DNA of 55,159 nucleotides from Macrostomum lignano (Eukaryota), in contig NIVC01003255.1 in the NCBI GenBank assembly GCA_002269645.1, positions 1-55,159 of the forward strand, read 5' to 3'. A program made the position numbers and the translations under genes. Numbering within the stretch: the stretch's first letter is position 1; every line of letters begins with the position of its first letter. The notes under the pieces are model-generated. The model was given only the letters and a program-made list of their open reading frames with translations. It searched no databases and was not told the DNA's origin. Below are positions 1-11,778 of this stretch, piece by piece.

Positions 1-3000
1 AAGTTGAAAGAATGCATCTGTCCATTAAACTATCGTGACTTTCAAATGCAGCACATGGGCCATCTGATGCAGAGAAATGTTCGATTCGATCCCGATCCCA
101 GGGTGAAGGGATTCATTCCCGACACCTGGCAAAGAGAACTGCTAGACGTGGTTGACAGGCGCGAGTCGGCCGTTATTGTTGCTCCAACATCGTCCGGTAA
201 AACGTTCTGCTCTTACTACTGCATGAAAAAGGTTCTGGAGATGAGCGACGAGGCTGTCGCTGTTTATGTAGCGCCAACCAAAGCTTTAGTGAATCAGGTT
301 CAGGCTTCCATTAGTGCCAAGTTTTCTAAGCCAAATCTGACTCCCGGCATGGAGCTATGCGGAGTATTTACTCGAGACTATAATCACAAAGCAACTAGCT
401 GTCAGATTTTGGTGACAGTGCCGCAGTGCCTTGAACTGCTACTGCTGAGTCCCAGGCGTCAAGGCTGGGCTAGCCGCATTCGCTATGTGATCTTCGACGA
501 AGTTCACTGCATCGGCACCGGGATTGGGGGTATTGTCTGGGAATACTTGCTCTGCCTAATCCGGTGTCCGTTTCTTGCCCTATCGGCGACTATCTCTAAC
601 AAAGACTATTTTCACGACTGGCTGCAGACCATAAAGCAGTTTGTTCAGGTTCAAGACTCGACTCTTCTGAAGCAATCGCAGCCGATGCAGCCTAAGCATA
701 AGAAACAGCAGCGACAGAAAGGTGTCGCTCTTGTTGCTGTAGAAGGTTACAAAGTGAATCTGGTGACCTACTCTGAGCGCTATTCAGACATTCGCACTTC
801 TGTTTATCTTATCTGCCAAGAGTGGCTGTGTAGCTGAAGTTAATCCGTGCGCTTTTCTGAGCGACAAACTATTGCGAATTAACGGATTTCCTCGGAATTT
901 GAAGCTGTCACCGAAGGAATCTACGGAGGTGTGGTCAGCCGCTTTGAAATGCTTCGCCGACGATCCAGCTGCTGTTAAAGCTCTTCAGAAATTTAAACCG
1001 GAATCGTTTTTTGGCAACAAGCCTATTACTAGGTAATAATTCATGAGCAAGAACGTTTTTGCCTTGAGTCTACCACCCAGTAGGACAACTAAGTGGGGCG
1101 TATAGTGGGCGGTGTGCGCCTTCGCGACCGCCTGTGAGGGCCTATTAGACTATGTCGGACTTAACACAAACATATCAAAAGCAGACTTTTGTATTACTGG
1201 AGTATAAGACAATGTTTAAGTGCTTCTGATAATTCAATGACCTTATGTCGTACTTGTAAGAATTCGCCATTTCTACTCCATTTAATGATAAATTTAACGT
1301 TATTTTGACCTAGAATTTAGGGCGTTGTCAATTTTAAAATATTTCTCATCTGCTAAATCGCTTTGATTTTAAAACAGGACGCAATTTCGGGAATTGGAAG
1401 TCGACCTAAAAAGGACTGTCTCTGAGCTGCTTCGTCAGAGTTCGCAGGCAAAGTCTACCCAGCTACTTACTACAATTCAGCTGAATGATGACCAGCAGAA
1501 TGTAACTCAACAATTTGAGTTTCTATCCGACGTTGATATTATTAGCGCATTTCCCGATCTAATTGATCGGCTTCATTCCCAGGGTCGCTTACCAGCTTTG
1601 GTTTTTATGAACGATCGTAAAGGCATTGAAAAGCTTGCTGCGTCGCTTGTTGATCGAGCTAATGAAAGGATTAAGCAAGCTGTCGATCCGAATCTGCTAG
1701 AGCGCATGGAGAAAGCTCGCAAAGCGATGGCCATCGCCCACAAGCGCAATCGTGACAAAGATGATTCGGACGATGAAAATCCGGTCGATGCCGCCGAACG
1801 GGAATCCTACTACAGACATCGGCTAGAACTGCGCAGCAAAATTCAGGCCTGCGCCTATTTTAAACCGCAGGCCGTACAAGAATCTTTTCTTAAGGAAGTA
1901 CTGAAGCCGTTAAATGAGAATGTGACGAATATGATAGAATTTGGCGTTTGCTATCACCATGCCGGTTGTTCTGCAAAGCACCGACAAGCTGTTGAGATGC
2001 TGTTCCGCAACGGTCATTTGCAGGTTAGTTTAGGCTGTTTGCTTATTTTTTCAGCTTGATTGATCCATGGCTCTGAGTGCAAGCTAGCACTGTACATGTA
2101 TGTAAGTTTAGCTTTATAGTGTCAACATATAGAGGTAGCTTAACTAAAAAATCTAGACGTAAATCAAATCAAAAATAATTCGGGAGCCCAGAATTAGAAT
2201 AATAATTTTTGCTTCGATCTGCACATTTAGCCTTTTGATTTGATTACTCAATCGATGCGGTGTAAAAAAACTAAGCTGTTTTTACGTGGCCGTGTTGACA
2301 AAATATCATTCCACTTGAATTTTTAGTTTTAATTAGTAGACATAAAACGCATAAAAACTTACGAAGCGTTGGATCGACCAAAAAAGAAGCATGACAATCT
2401 CTGACTCTCGATCAAGTGTGCCCGGCAATGCACTCCTAACCCTCCCAGCCGCGTGTCGGCGTCAACACCCCCATTCTGTCTGCGTCAAACCCCCCTCCCA
2501 GTTGCACCGACCCCACTGTCTGTATAAGCCAACAGATTTTAGCTGGCTGCGCCCCAGTGCGCCCCCTCGCTCGCCCTGCGATTGGCTGGCGGCCCAGCCA
2601 ATCGGTTTGTGTACTCTCCCCTTCCAATCGCGACCCCGGCGGGCTTTGTAACTTTTAAGACTCGTAATTTTGGCTAGCTGGGCCTGGGGTAGCGATACGA
2701 TACCCCAGGGTAGCGATACGATACCCCAGGGTAGCGATACGATACCCCAGGGTAGCGATACGATACCCCAGGGTAGCGATACGATACCCCAGGGTAGCGA
2801 TACGATACCCCAGGGTAGCGATACGATACCCCAGGGCTTAACCAGCTAGCGTAAATATAAATGTATGCAGGAGCGGCGGTAGGGGAGGCCATCCTTTCGT
2901 GTCGATCTAGACGCAGCTACAAGCTCTATTACAACCAAAACCGAACTTACTCAGAAGCCAGTCTTTACTCAGAACTTTCGCCAGAAGTTGAGAGAAGCCA

Positions 3001-6000
3001 CCCCTACCGCCGCCATCGCTGTTGCGTGTGAAGATAAAGAGAGTGACTCGCGTGTCTTTCTCATTCGAAGGACTGGTTTGGTTTAATTTGTGCGGTAGGG
3101 ACAAGCTGATCAAGTCTCCTGGCGCGATCCCACGCTCAGAGTCCGAAGTCAGTCCGGCCAGTTGACTGACGCCATCTCTGGGCTCGTCCGTTGAGATAAC
3201 TAGAGTTGCGATCTGGCCTATATCACAACACTCGTGCCGTGCCGTGACTCTGAGCTGGCTGCAGCACCAGCTCAGAGAACTGTCCAGTGTGGTCGTTGCA
3301 TGTTTCGAGATCACCCACACGACCCAGCAATGCAGAAACTCTATAGTTTGCAATTACTGCAACCGGCCCGGTCACAAACAGGCCAGGTGTTTCAAACTGC
3401 AAAGAGACCAGCAGCAGACGGGAAACGGTCAGGTGACCTGGAGGCAGGGCCATCCAGGCACCCACCCGAATTAGCAGTAGAGGCCCAACCCAGCGCACCG
3501 AGCCAACCCGCACAAGGTACAGAACTTGTTTTGTCGATGTGATATTTGAAAGCAGAACAAGTAGTATTGCATGCTTGCTAGATTCCGGCTGAAGTATCTC
3601 CCTGCTAAGTGAAGCCGCGTGGAAGAGGAACTCGAACCGAGCCGGTTGAAGCCAAGCTACATAGGAAAGAGTATTCAAGTTGCAAATGGCGATGTCAAAG
3701 ATGTGCTGGGGGAGTGCGTTGGGGAATTTTCCATTGGCTCGCATAGATTTCGTCAACACCTTCGTCGTCGTCTCACACATACTGCACCGTTGCATCCTTA
3801 ATGCAGATTTTTTCCGATCCCAATCAGCCACGTTAGATTTTGCTAACTATCAGATCGTCACTTCGAAAGGAACTTTTTCTTTTTGTATGTCTTCTGAGTG
3901 ACCCCTTCTCTGCCGGATAGTCATTTCAAAATCGGAACCAGTTCCTGCAAATCGGTCTCAAATCATTCGAGCTAAGCTGAGTCGGAGAGGAGTGAAGGAA
4001 TTTCGGTTTTTAGGAATAGCAGAGACCCACTCCCAGACTGAAGGCCACGTGATGCTAGCTAGGTCAGTTGTGCCCTCTGCTGACGGTTCCGTCCCTCTCA
4101 AGATCACCAATGTGTCGGTAGAACCTGTAGTCCTGACAAAAGGAAAGCAGATTAGCTGGTTCTCGCCCATCCATGACAGCCAACCAAATCTTGATGAAGA
4201 ACCCAAGGCACAAGTTAAGCAGTTCTCTCTCGACAGACTGGGATCCTGTAGAGCATCTGGGCAGTTGTGACTCGCCGGACTTGTCCGAGGACCAGCAGGT
4301 GTCGTTCATAAAGTTGAACCGTCAGAACAGAGACGTCTTTGCCAAGGACTATAGCGAGCTGGGTTCAACTGACCAGGCAATGCATACCATAGACCCCGGG
4401 GACGCCAGGCCAACTAGAGAACCACCACGCCGCATCCCGCCGCACATTAGGCCAGAAATCGATGAAGAAATCGACAGGCTAATAGATTTCGGTAGGAGTG
4501 TCAATCCTCGTGGGTCAGCTCAGTCATGCCTGTACGGAAGAAGGACGGATCCATCATGCTGTGCCTGGATTATCGCCGACTAAATAAAGTAAACAGTCTT
4601 GACCCATTTCCACCGCCGCGAATGGATGAAACTTTAGAGGCGCTTGCAGGAAATGCTATTTTTTCAACTCTAGACTTGGCTTCAGGCTATCACCAGTGCC
4701 CGCTAGATCCAAAATATCAACTTGCGATTTGTGAGTTTCGGTCTAAGAAATGCCCCGGCGACTTTCGTCAAGCTGATAAACCTTGTCATGGCTGGTCTGA
4801 CATGGAGAGAGTGTCTTGAACACTTGAACAATTGTAATATTTGACAGAGGAGTAAAAATGAAGTACAAAACTGGGTACACAAGTTTGGGTGAAAGGCGTG
4901 GAACATATCAAAACAGCTGTCCTGTCCGGTTATTGAGCGAGCTAAAAAAGTTAAAGTTGACGGCTAACACCCCACATGGCAAGCTGATTGTTCAGAGTAG
5001 GTTATTAGGCCTTAATGTGCATAGCGTCTAATAAGCTAAGTTTGTTATCGTTCTTACAAAATTCTATAGTCAATCATTTCGTGTGGTTCAGTGTCACAGC
5101 AGCTCTTGCAGGTGAGCAAATGTTCATTAATGACAGAGTTTTTTAGTCAATGTTCTCTAATCCTCGTGTACATGTGTCGTTTGGTCTTTCCTATATAGGA
5201 AATGCTCTGGTCATCAGAGCAATTAAATTTGTAAACAAAACCTGCAGCGAGAGGTCGGGGCACACTGGATTTCTGATTTGATCTAAACTTAGCGATCTTT
5301 TCGGTGCGAAAGACAACAGGAATTTCAGCTTTGAGGTTTTTACGGAATAACTTTTTGATCTTTTTTAAAACTCAATAGAGCAGATCGCTGAAAGTTTCTT
5401 TACCCGATTCGGTCGGCCAATCAAAAATAATCTTGGTGTCATCTTTTATTTCGTGCAGCCAGTGATTCACTTAAGAGTCTCACCGCCCCGTGCAGGTGGT
5501 CACAGCAACCGCCACCCTGGCTCTGGGCGTTCACATGCCCTGTAAAACTGTCGTATTCGCTAGCGACGACAAGTTTTTGGATGCGCTCAACTATCACCAG
5601 ATGGCCGGTCGGTCTGGTCGACGCGGCTTCGACAACATCGGTAACATTGTGTTCTACGGCGTGCCCGCCTCCAAGATTGCTCACCTGATCCAAGCCGACC
5701 TGCCAGAACTGAAGGGCGGCTTTCCGCTTACCTGCGCTTTCGTTCTCAGACTGTTGCTTCTGACTGGGAATGCCACAGATCCCGAGGTGGCCCACAATCA
5801 AGCGGCTACGGTTTTGGAGCATCCGTTTGCTGCGCATCAGAGGCCGGATATGATGCAGCAATTACGATTATTCTTTCTGTTTAGTGCGGAGTTTCTGTAC
5901 AGGCAGGATCTTATTAATGAGTTGGGCGCTCCGCTGGTGAGTTTCATAGTGTTACTAGTGTTGTACGAATGGCCACCCAGCTTTTTTTCAAGTTGCATAC

Positions 6001-7734
6001 CGTTTTATTTGAAGTATGAATAATATATGCAATTATTGCAATTCTTAAGGTTTGTGCGCTAGAGTCACTTTAGAACCACTGAGTTCCGTCAAAAGGAATC
6101 TGCGTCAATTTGCATGTATCAATTAGAATCGCATTTAGAATTTACAGTTCTGTTTAGTCTACTTAAATAGAAAGTTAAGCGCTATCACGACTCTTGGATG
6201 ACTTTCGTAACTCAGCAGTCGCCTCTCCGTAGCATTACAGTCGTTTGAGTCTTTAAAAAATCACAAGTCGCTAGAGTCACTAAAGAGTTGTTTGCAATGA
6301 CTAGCGATTCTTGTCACGGCAACATTTTAAACGGGTATACCATTCGGCCATTCTCCAGGACCTGGCCGGCCTAGTGTGCCACATGGGCTACCTGCAGCCT
6401 GGCAACTTCGTGCTCACCTATCTGCTACGAACTCCCGCTCTGCGCCAGCTGTGCGAGCCAGCCAGCAATCAGCTGCCGCCAATTCACTACGAATTATATT
6501 GCGTCGGCTGTCAGACTGATGAACCGATAGTTGGTCAGAGATTCAAGTGCACCAAGTGCTGGTCTGACTACAGCCTGTGCGCCAGCTGCTACTCCGGCCG
6601 CCCTAACCACAACCGGGGCCGGCAGCAGCACACGGCCAACGATTTTGAGCTTCAATTGCCGCCGTTGCGAGTGCAATTCTCCGACAAAACGTTGAGAAAA
6701 TTGGTTCGAATCCTCTGCCACCTGTTCACTAAGGTGGACTTGCCCCGGTATCTGGTTAAAAGGACGGCTGATGGAACTCTGCATTATGTCCGGTAAAAAT
6801 CCTGCAGTTTTGCGCTAAAATCATAGGTTCTGATTGGCAAACCACTGACAAAAAAGTAATGATACTGTTAGGAACTTTATCTTAAACATCTATTTCACCT
6901 ACTCTCGCCCCGCGCTACGACCTCTGGCTCATTTCCATACTCAAACATTGATTTTAGGGCTTGTTCTCGAAAATTAGCCTTGGGGTTGACGAGCGATTCA
7001 CACCCATGAGGACTAGTCCCCCCAAGGCCGCTTGCCGCTGTACACCCTATGTGAGCGTGTGTGTGAGTGCGTGCCTGAGTACACTACCATCTCTACTGAT
7101 TTCTAGGCCAACCGAGAACTCCAAGGTGCTTCTGAAGCCGCTGCCAAACGATATTGAATCGGCAGTCCGTGACTACAACTCGGCCACAGCTGTGACTTAC
7201 ACCAACTACCTGCGCTGCACTGCCGATTCTGGCCTGCTGAAATTCTCTACCGCTCTGCCGTTCAGCCAATCCGCTCCCATTGTGCCTAGCAGCGATCGCC
7301 AGCTCCAAGTGTCAGCGGTGGCTCCTCTGGCTCGGCTATCCTGGGGTCCCACCACTCCTGACTCTAACGAAGCACTTCGTCGCGTGCTATTGAACAGCGG
7401 TAATAACAGCTCGGAACAGTTGCGTCGCCTGCTGCTATTGGAGATCGTCACCGATGCCAATTTGATTCCGCTGCTGCCTACGAAGCGACTGTTAAACGCT
7501 TACGCTTTGGACTTTTTCACTCACTGCAGTCGGGCTTCGATTGTTCGCGATAATGGAATTCGGGAGGGCGACTTATTCGACTTGCTCAAAGACTTCTCAC
7601 TGGCCTGCAGGGCCGTGGCGAATTTGCTGACTCAGCTGGCCGCTGATCCCGACGATCCGGTGGTCTGCGCCTTCAAACAGGTGGCATTCGAGTACAAAGC
7701 GCGCTTTCGTCGAGCCTTCCCTAACGCGCGTTGA
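1..7734 (+). CDS. DDX60: DDX60/DDX60L-like Ski2-family DEVH-box RNA helicase, 5'-partial; exons approx. <1..1032, 1378..2023, 5496..5936, 6359..6792, 7107..7734
   Basis: Motif I APTSSGKT (181-204), DEVH (496-507), SAT (583-591), motif V VVTATATLALGVHMPCK, motif VI QMAGRSGRRG; DDX60-type segments FIPDTWQRELLDVVD, NPCAFL..GFP..L.LSP.ES, LAGLVCHM, SKVLLKPLP. GT-AG sites give phase-compatible joins (TR|TQF, LQ|VVT, PL|DLA, VR|PTE). One frameshift near 805-815. Confidence 0.9.
2392..3230 (+). promoter_or_regulatory. Putative 5' LTR (CCAAT boxes, tandem array, TATA-like TATAAAT ~2856-2862)
   Basis: Non-coding GC-rich block directly upstream of a PBS-like site, ending in CA near 3227-3230; no second copy to confirm the ends. 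Confidence 0.5.
2687..2833. repeat. Perfect tandem repeat, 7 x 21 bp (GGGTAGCGATACGATACCCCA), each unit self-complementary (GGGTA..TACCC)
   Basis: Seven identical units counted directly; no spacers. Confidence 0.97.
3239..3250 (+). other. Primer-binding site complementary to the tRNA-His 3' end
   Basis: GTGCCGTGACTC matches the recalled tRNA-His PBS consensus TGGTGCCGTGACTCGG over 12 nt, just after the putative LTR end. Confidence 0.6.
6057..6337. repeat. Dispersed repeat, copy A (non-autonomous element with subterminal hairpin)
   Basis: Shares CGCCTCTCCG.AGCATTACAG.CGTTT, CGCTAGAGTCACT and CTTGTCACG..AACATTT..AACGGG blocks, in the same order, with ~47800-48110. Confidence 0.75.
6485..6646 (+). 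other. ZZ-type zinc finger domain within the DDX60-like helicase
   Basis: HYELYCVGCQTDEPIVGQRFKCTKCWSDYSLCASCY..H......H matches the ZZ pattern CxxC-(I.G.R.KC)xxC-DY.LCxxC-H; it is in frame between DDX60-like segments of the same exon. Confidence 0.85.
7051..7085. repeat. Short interspersed repeat shared with 16585-16617 (opposite strand)
   Basis: GTGAGCGTGTGTGTGAGTGCGTGCCTGAGTACA vs reverse complement GTGAGCGTGTGTATGAGTGCTTGCCTGCGTACA (3 mismatches in 33 nt). Confidence 0.6.
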
Positions 7735-7899
7735 ATATTGAGTCAGTTTGGGATGCTCACGCTAACAATAGCATACTTGATTTAGTTCAGCTTTGTCTTA
7801 GAATCTTTCCCAAGATGTGTACTTGGGATTTGCCACCAAGAGGTGTCTTAAAATCGTATCAACAGGCTTCTTGGAATCATTAATAATCCCTGTCCTTGA

Positions 7900-8340
7900 A
7901 TCTTTGTCAAGCCGTTCTCGAAATCGAGAATCAGTTTCTTAGAATTTAGCCCGTTAAAAATAAGGGTTAATCTTGAAAGTGAATAAACGAAAAGTAACTT
8001 TTGGTTCGTTAATTTACCATAGTTTAACTTTCGAAAGAGCGAGTTCACGTTGATTAACGTGAACACTTTGTACGTTAACAAACTTGCAAATTAACGTAAA
8101 TTTACCGTCCGTAAAGTAAAGTCACGTCAAGTAACGTTTATTTACCTATATTTACGTTAATCAACCTTTAGGCTATTAGTTAATTACCCCCCCCCCCGAA
8201 ATATATTAAACCCCTTTTCAATGGGAGAATCAGTTTCCCAGAATGGAGTATCAGTTACTCAGAAGCGATAATCAGTTTCTTAGAATCGTTACCAAGCCCG
8301 TTTCTTAGAATTGTTCCTCAGCCCCTGAAATCTTTTATAG
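7900..8340. repeat. Composite repeat: ACGT-rich foldback core flanked by GAGAATCAGTTTCTTAGAAT-like direct repeats (21-bp period at ~8225-8290)
   Basis: Palindrome GTTCACGTT-GATT-AACGTGAAC (8043-8064); GTTGATTAACGT (8049-8060) is inverted at ~8154-8165; repeat motif at ~7926 and three phased copies from ~8225. Confidence 0.6.
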
Positions 8341-11300
8341 GCCGTTCTTTGGGTCACCAACCAATCTATTTTTTAGAATCGTTATCAAGCCCTCTCTTAA
8401 AACGGTTTCCAAGCAACTTCTTATAAATAGGCTGTTTCTTTTTTACCCAAAAATCTCCCCATAGTCTCCCGTTGAAGTCCGTCAATGATTCTTGCTCTGC
8501 TCAATTTGGAAGTTTCAGTTTGTTTTTTTCTGATTCACGTAAGCCACGGTTTTTTTGTTAAAACCTTTGTATTTAAGAAAACTGCGAATCTACTTTTCGA
8601 ATCCAAAGTCGTGTTTTTTTATTTTTAACTGTATGAATTTTTCTTTCTGCCTTTTTAATTACAAAAAAACGAGAATCAATTTGTTTTTCTTCAAATTTTA
8701 TTTTTTCTTTTTCTTCCTCACCAATTTAATGGGTGCGTTAAAACGCTTCATTGGTTCTTTTTATAGGCAATAAAATAGATTACTTTTATTTACTATTAAA
8801 CTGCTTGCCCCTCTGTCTTTTTTTAGGTTTTTCCTAAATTAGATAGCCAAAACTACGTATTTACTTTTTTACAAAGTAGCAGGCTCCTTCTATTTGAAAA
8901 TGACACAGTCATATCTTATTGCGTGTCGTGTGTGTGCCGTATGTGCTACTTGTCACAGTGTCTTCTAGTCATTCTAGACAGATCACTGATAAAGTTTCAG
9001 CGTCTACGAGAATGTTGTTTTTGAAAATGAGCGCCGCCGTTCGCTTTGATTTGCACCTCACGGTCACGTGCGACCGGTGCTGTTGCCCGAAAAACGGAGA
9101 CTTGTTCTTATGATAGCTTTTGTTTCTTTATTTCTATGCAGTTGCAGGTCGAGCGGTAAATTGGCGGCTGGTAAATTCGAGCCTCTGGGCGAAGAATGAT
9201 CTAAATGTTATTACGTAATAATGCAGTAATGCAGTAGTATAAAATTGCATCAGAAAAGCAATTTGTTTAAAATAGTTTTGTCGAAACATACAAAACGCTT
9301 ACGTATGGGTTTTATATGTATGGCCTTAGCACTAAGATCTCACTTTGATCTGACATGTGCATGTACCTTTGGCTTGACATACCAACAACTTTCAATTGAC
9401 CTTTGGTATCTCAGCAACCCTCCGCCTTTTTCATAAGCCACAGCATTTCAGCAATCCCGTCATGAGTAATAATTGGCATATCAGAAACCCCCATAAAATA
9501 CGGGCGTACGTTAGAAAAAGTAGCTAATCGGCTTTTAACTTACGCTTTTCCTGCTTTCATTTTAAAAAAGAATTTCAAAGTAAGATGATATATTTTTAAC
9601 AGATATCATTTGTTAGATAGTTAAATAGTCAGTTATTTCATTTATTTATTTATGAGTAGTGAATATCCGGCATTGGTATGCAAGAAATCGTGTATTGGAA
9701 ATATCTTTGATCAGCTCACTAATAAAGTTACGAGAAAACGTGACATTTCGCAAAACAAACTTTTCATACTCGAGAGTTATTAAAAGTTATCAATTGATGA
9801 ATACAATAAACAGTATCAGCGATGATGCACAATTTCGCCTAAAAACAGTAAAAAAAAACTTGGACAAATTTAAACGTTTTTAGCCAAGATAGAAGAAGCC
9901 GGAGAATTTGGTTGTTTCTTGATAATTTTAAAGGCAAAAATGTAAAAACCATTAAGCAAAGGATACTTCAATATACTTTTCGACAATGTTTTAAACTAAA
10001 ATTTAGAGAAAAAGTAAATTGTCAGCTGATAAAAGTTTTGGATTATCGTATTATAGCTATGTATATTATAATATGTTAATTTAATATTAATTAAGAATGA
10101 GCTAAAGAAAAAACTAAAACTACCACAGGATAAGTCGAATTCTACAATTTTCGAAGAATAGGGCTTGTAAAATAAGTGCGATATGCACGCTTTTCATCTC
10201 ACTATATAAACATGATGTGCGCATTTGGTTAGCTTTTTATTTTCCAACTGAATTAAACTGTCCTTAAGGCACAATCAATATTCAAAAGTGACTTCAGGAA
10301 GTGAGAGAAAAAAGCCATATCTGAAGTATGCTGCAACACCTGCCACTGATAGTATAAGGTAAAAAATAAACATGACTTCGACGACTAAATCAAAAATAAT
10401 AGTCCGGGAATTACAACATCCGAAAAAATTAATAAATTGACACGTTTTTGGACACTTAGTCTAAAAACTTTATAGAAAGATGCCGACTATGAACCATTTT
10501 AGCGTAAAGAGAAGTATTTCAAAAAGTTAATTGATCTTGCTGCATTCGATAATCCTGGACGATTTTGATTCATTTAATATCCATCTGTTCAATATGTACT
10601 CGAATGTTATTTTAAATCTGTTCATCAGTAATAACTACTACTAAAATTAAATACGAGCTTTTTATCTATTCTATACTACTCGACTTCAATTCTTAAGCTA
10701 TTCGACTCAAAGCGACTTCGATATACTTGATGCAATTGTGAATCTATTTTATCTAGCTCGTCCAGTGTCTAAGTTATATTGTGCAATTGAAATCGATTCA
10801 ATAAAAACTACGTATCTAATTTATTTTAATCGACTCAATATCCCATAGATAGCAATTTTACATGTATTTCAAACAGTATAGCTAGCTACCTGCCCCTTGT
10901 ACGAGGTCTCCTCCAAAGGTAGTGTTACTTTGATTATATCTCTCGTTCTAATGATCCAAAAAACATCGTTTTGCACAAATTTAGAGCGGCATTTCTATTT
11001 TCTAGATAATAACTTGAAATCTTAAAAAAACAATGAAAACAAAAATTATGAACAAAAATGTAGCAGGAGCTACATTTATTGTACGGTGAGTCAACATTTC
11101 GAAGTAGTAGCTGACAAAAAAGGTAACTGGCTGAAGTAAATGCTATAAAATGCATGACTGCGGTAAATGACTGCACTAAACCAATGAGCCGATGAAAGTT
11201 GAGCATGAATCTCGGCTGCACTGTGCCCCATCATCCTATAGGATGTAAACCACACTCCTCAAAGCAACACTTGAATGCACATCCATGATTTTTGGCGCAA

Positions 11301-11778
11301 CAAAAGAAGGGAACAAAAAGCAGTGAAGCTGAAGCCCAATGGGAAATATTCCACTGCCTTAAACGTTGTATGTTTCTTCGAGTTTTTTCCATAGATATCT
11401 CTGTGTTACAGCAGCCTAACAAAGAAGTTTGAGTGCATTGAGTGCATTCAATCAAAAGTACTTTTGCTACGTTCCGCTAGATTGTTTACTTACTGTAAGT
11501 CTATATAGTCGGACTCTTGCTACATTTTAGTTCATAACTTTTATTTCCATTGTTTGTTTTTGAAGATGTTAAAGTTATAACCACGAAGATCGAGTTGCCG
11601 CTATAAAATTTTGCGAAATGATGTTATTTGGATCATTAGCACAAGAGTTATAATGAAAAGTAACACTACTACTTTTGGAACAGCCCTAGTAGTATCACCC
11701 ATGTCTATTCCTTTAATTTATTCCACTGGTTTCTGTATGTTTCGAACTCTTAATCTTGATCAATTAGGTGTCCTTGGC

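Larger units (their letters stand above)
2392..4970 (+). mobile_element. Degenerate, truncated Ty3/gypsy LTR retrotransposon (LTR-like region, PBS, gag zinc knuckle, protease, RT N-terminal half) in a DDX60 intron (2024..5495)
   Basis: CCHC knuckle CNYCNRPGHKQARC (~3350-3390); protease LLDSG then stop (3575-3592); RT motifs VRKKDGSIMLCLDYRRLN, FSTLDLASGYHQ, FGLRNAPATF; YLDD position reads HLNN (4821-4832); multiple frameshifts and stops; no RNase H, integrase or second LTR seen. Boundaries approximate. Confidence 0.9.

Noticed and set aside
2687-2833. CRISPR-like array of palindromic repeats
   Set aside because: Units are contiguous with no unique spacers, there are no cas genes, and the context is a eukaryotic LTR.
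2674-2892. ORF with YRYPGVS repeats
   Set aside because: Translation artefact of the 21-bp (7-codon) tandem repeat.
8500-11460. Short ORFs in the AT-rich intergenic region
   Set aside because: Low-complexity composition and no recognisable domains; a decayed transposon origin could not be supported.
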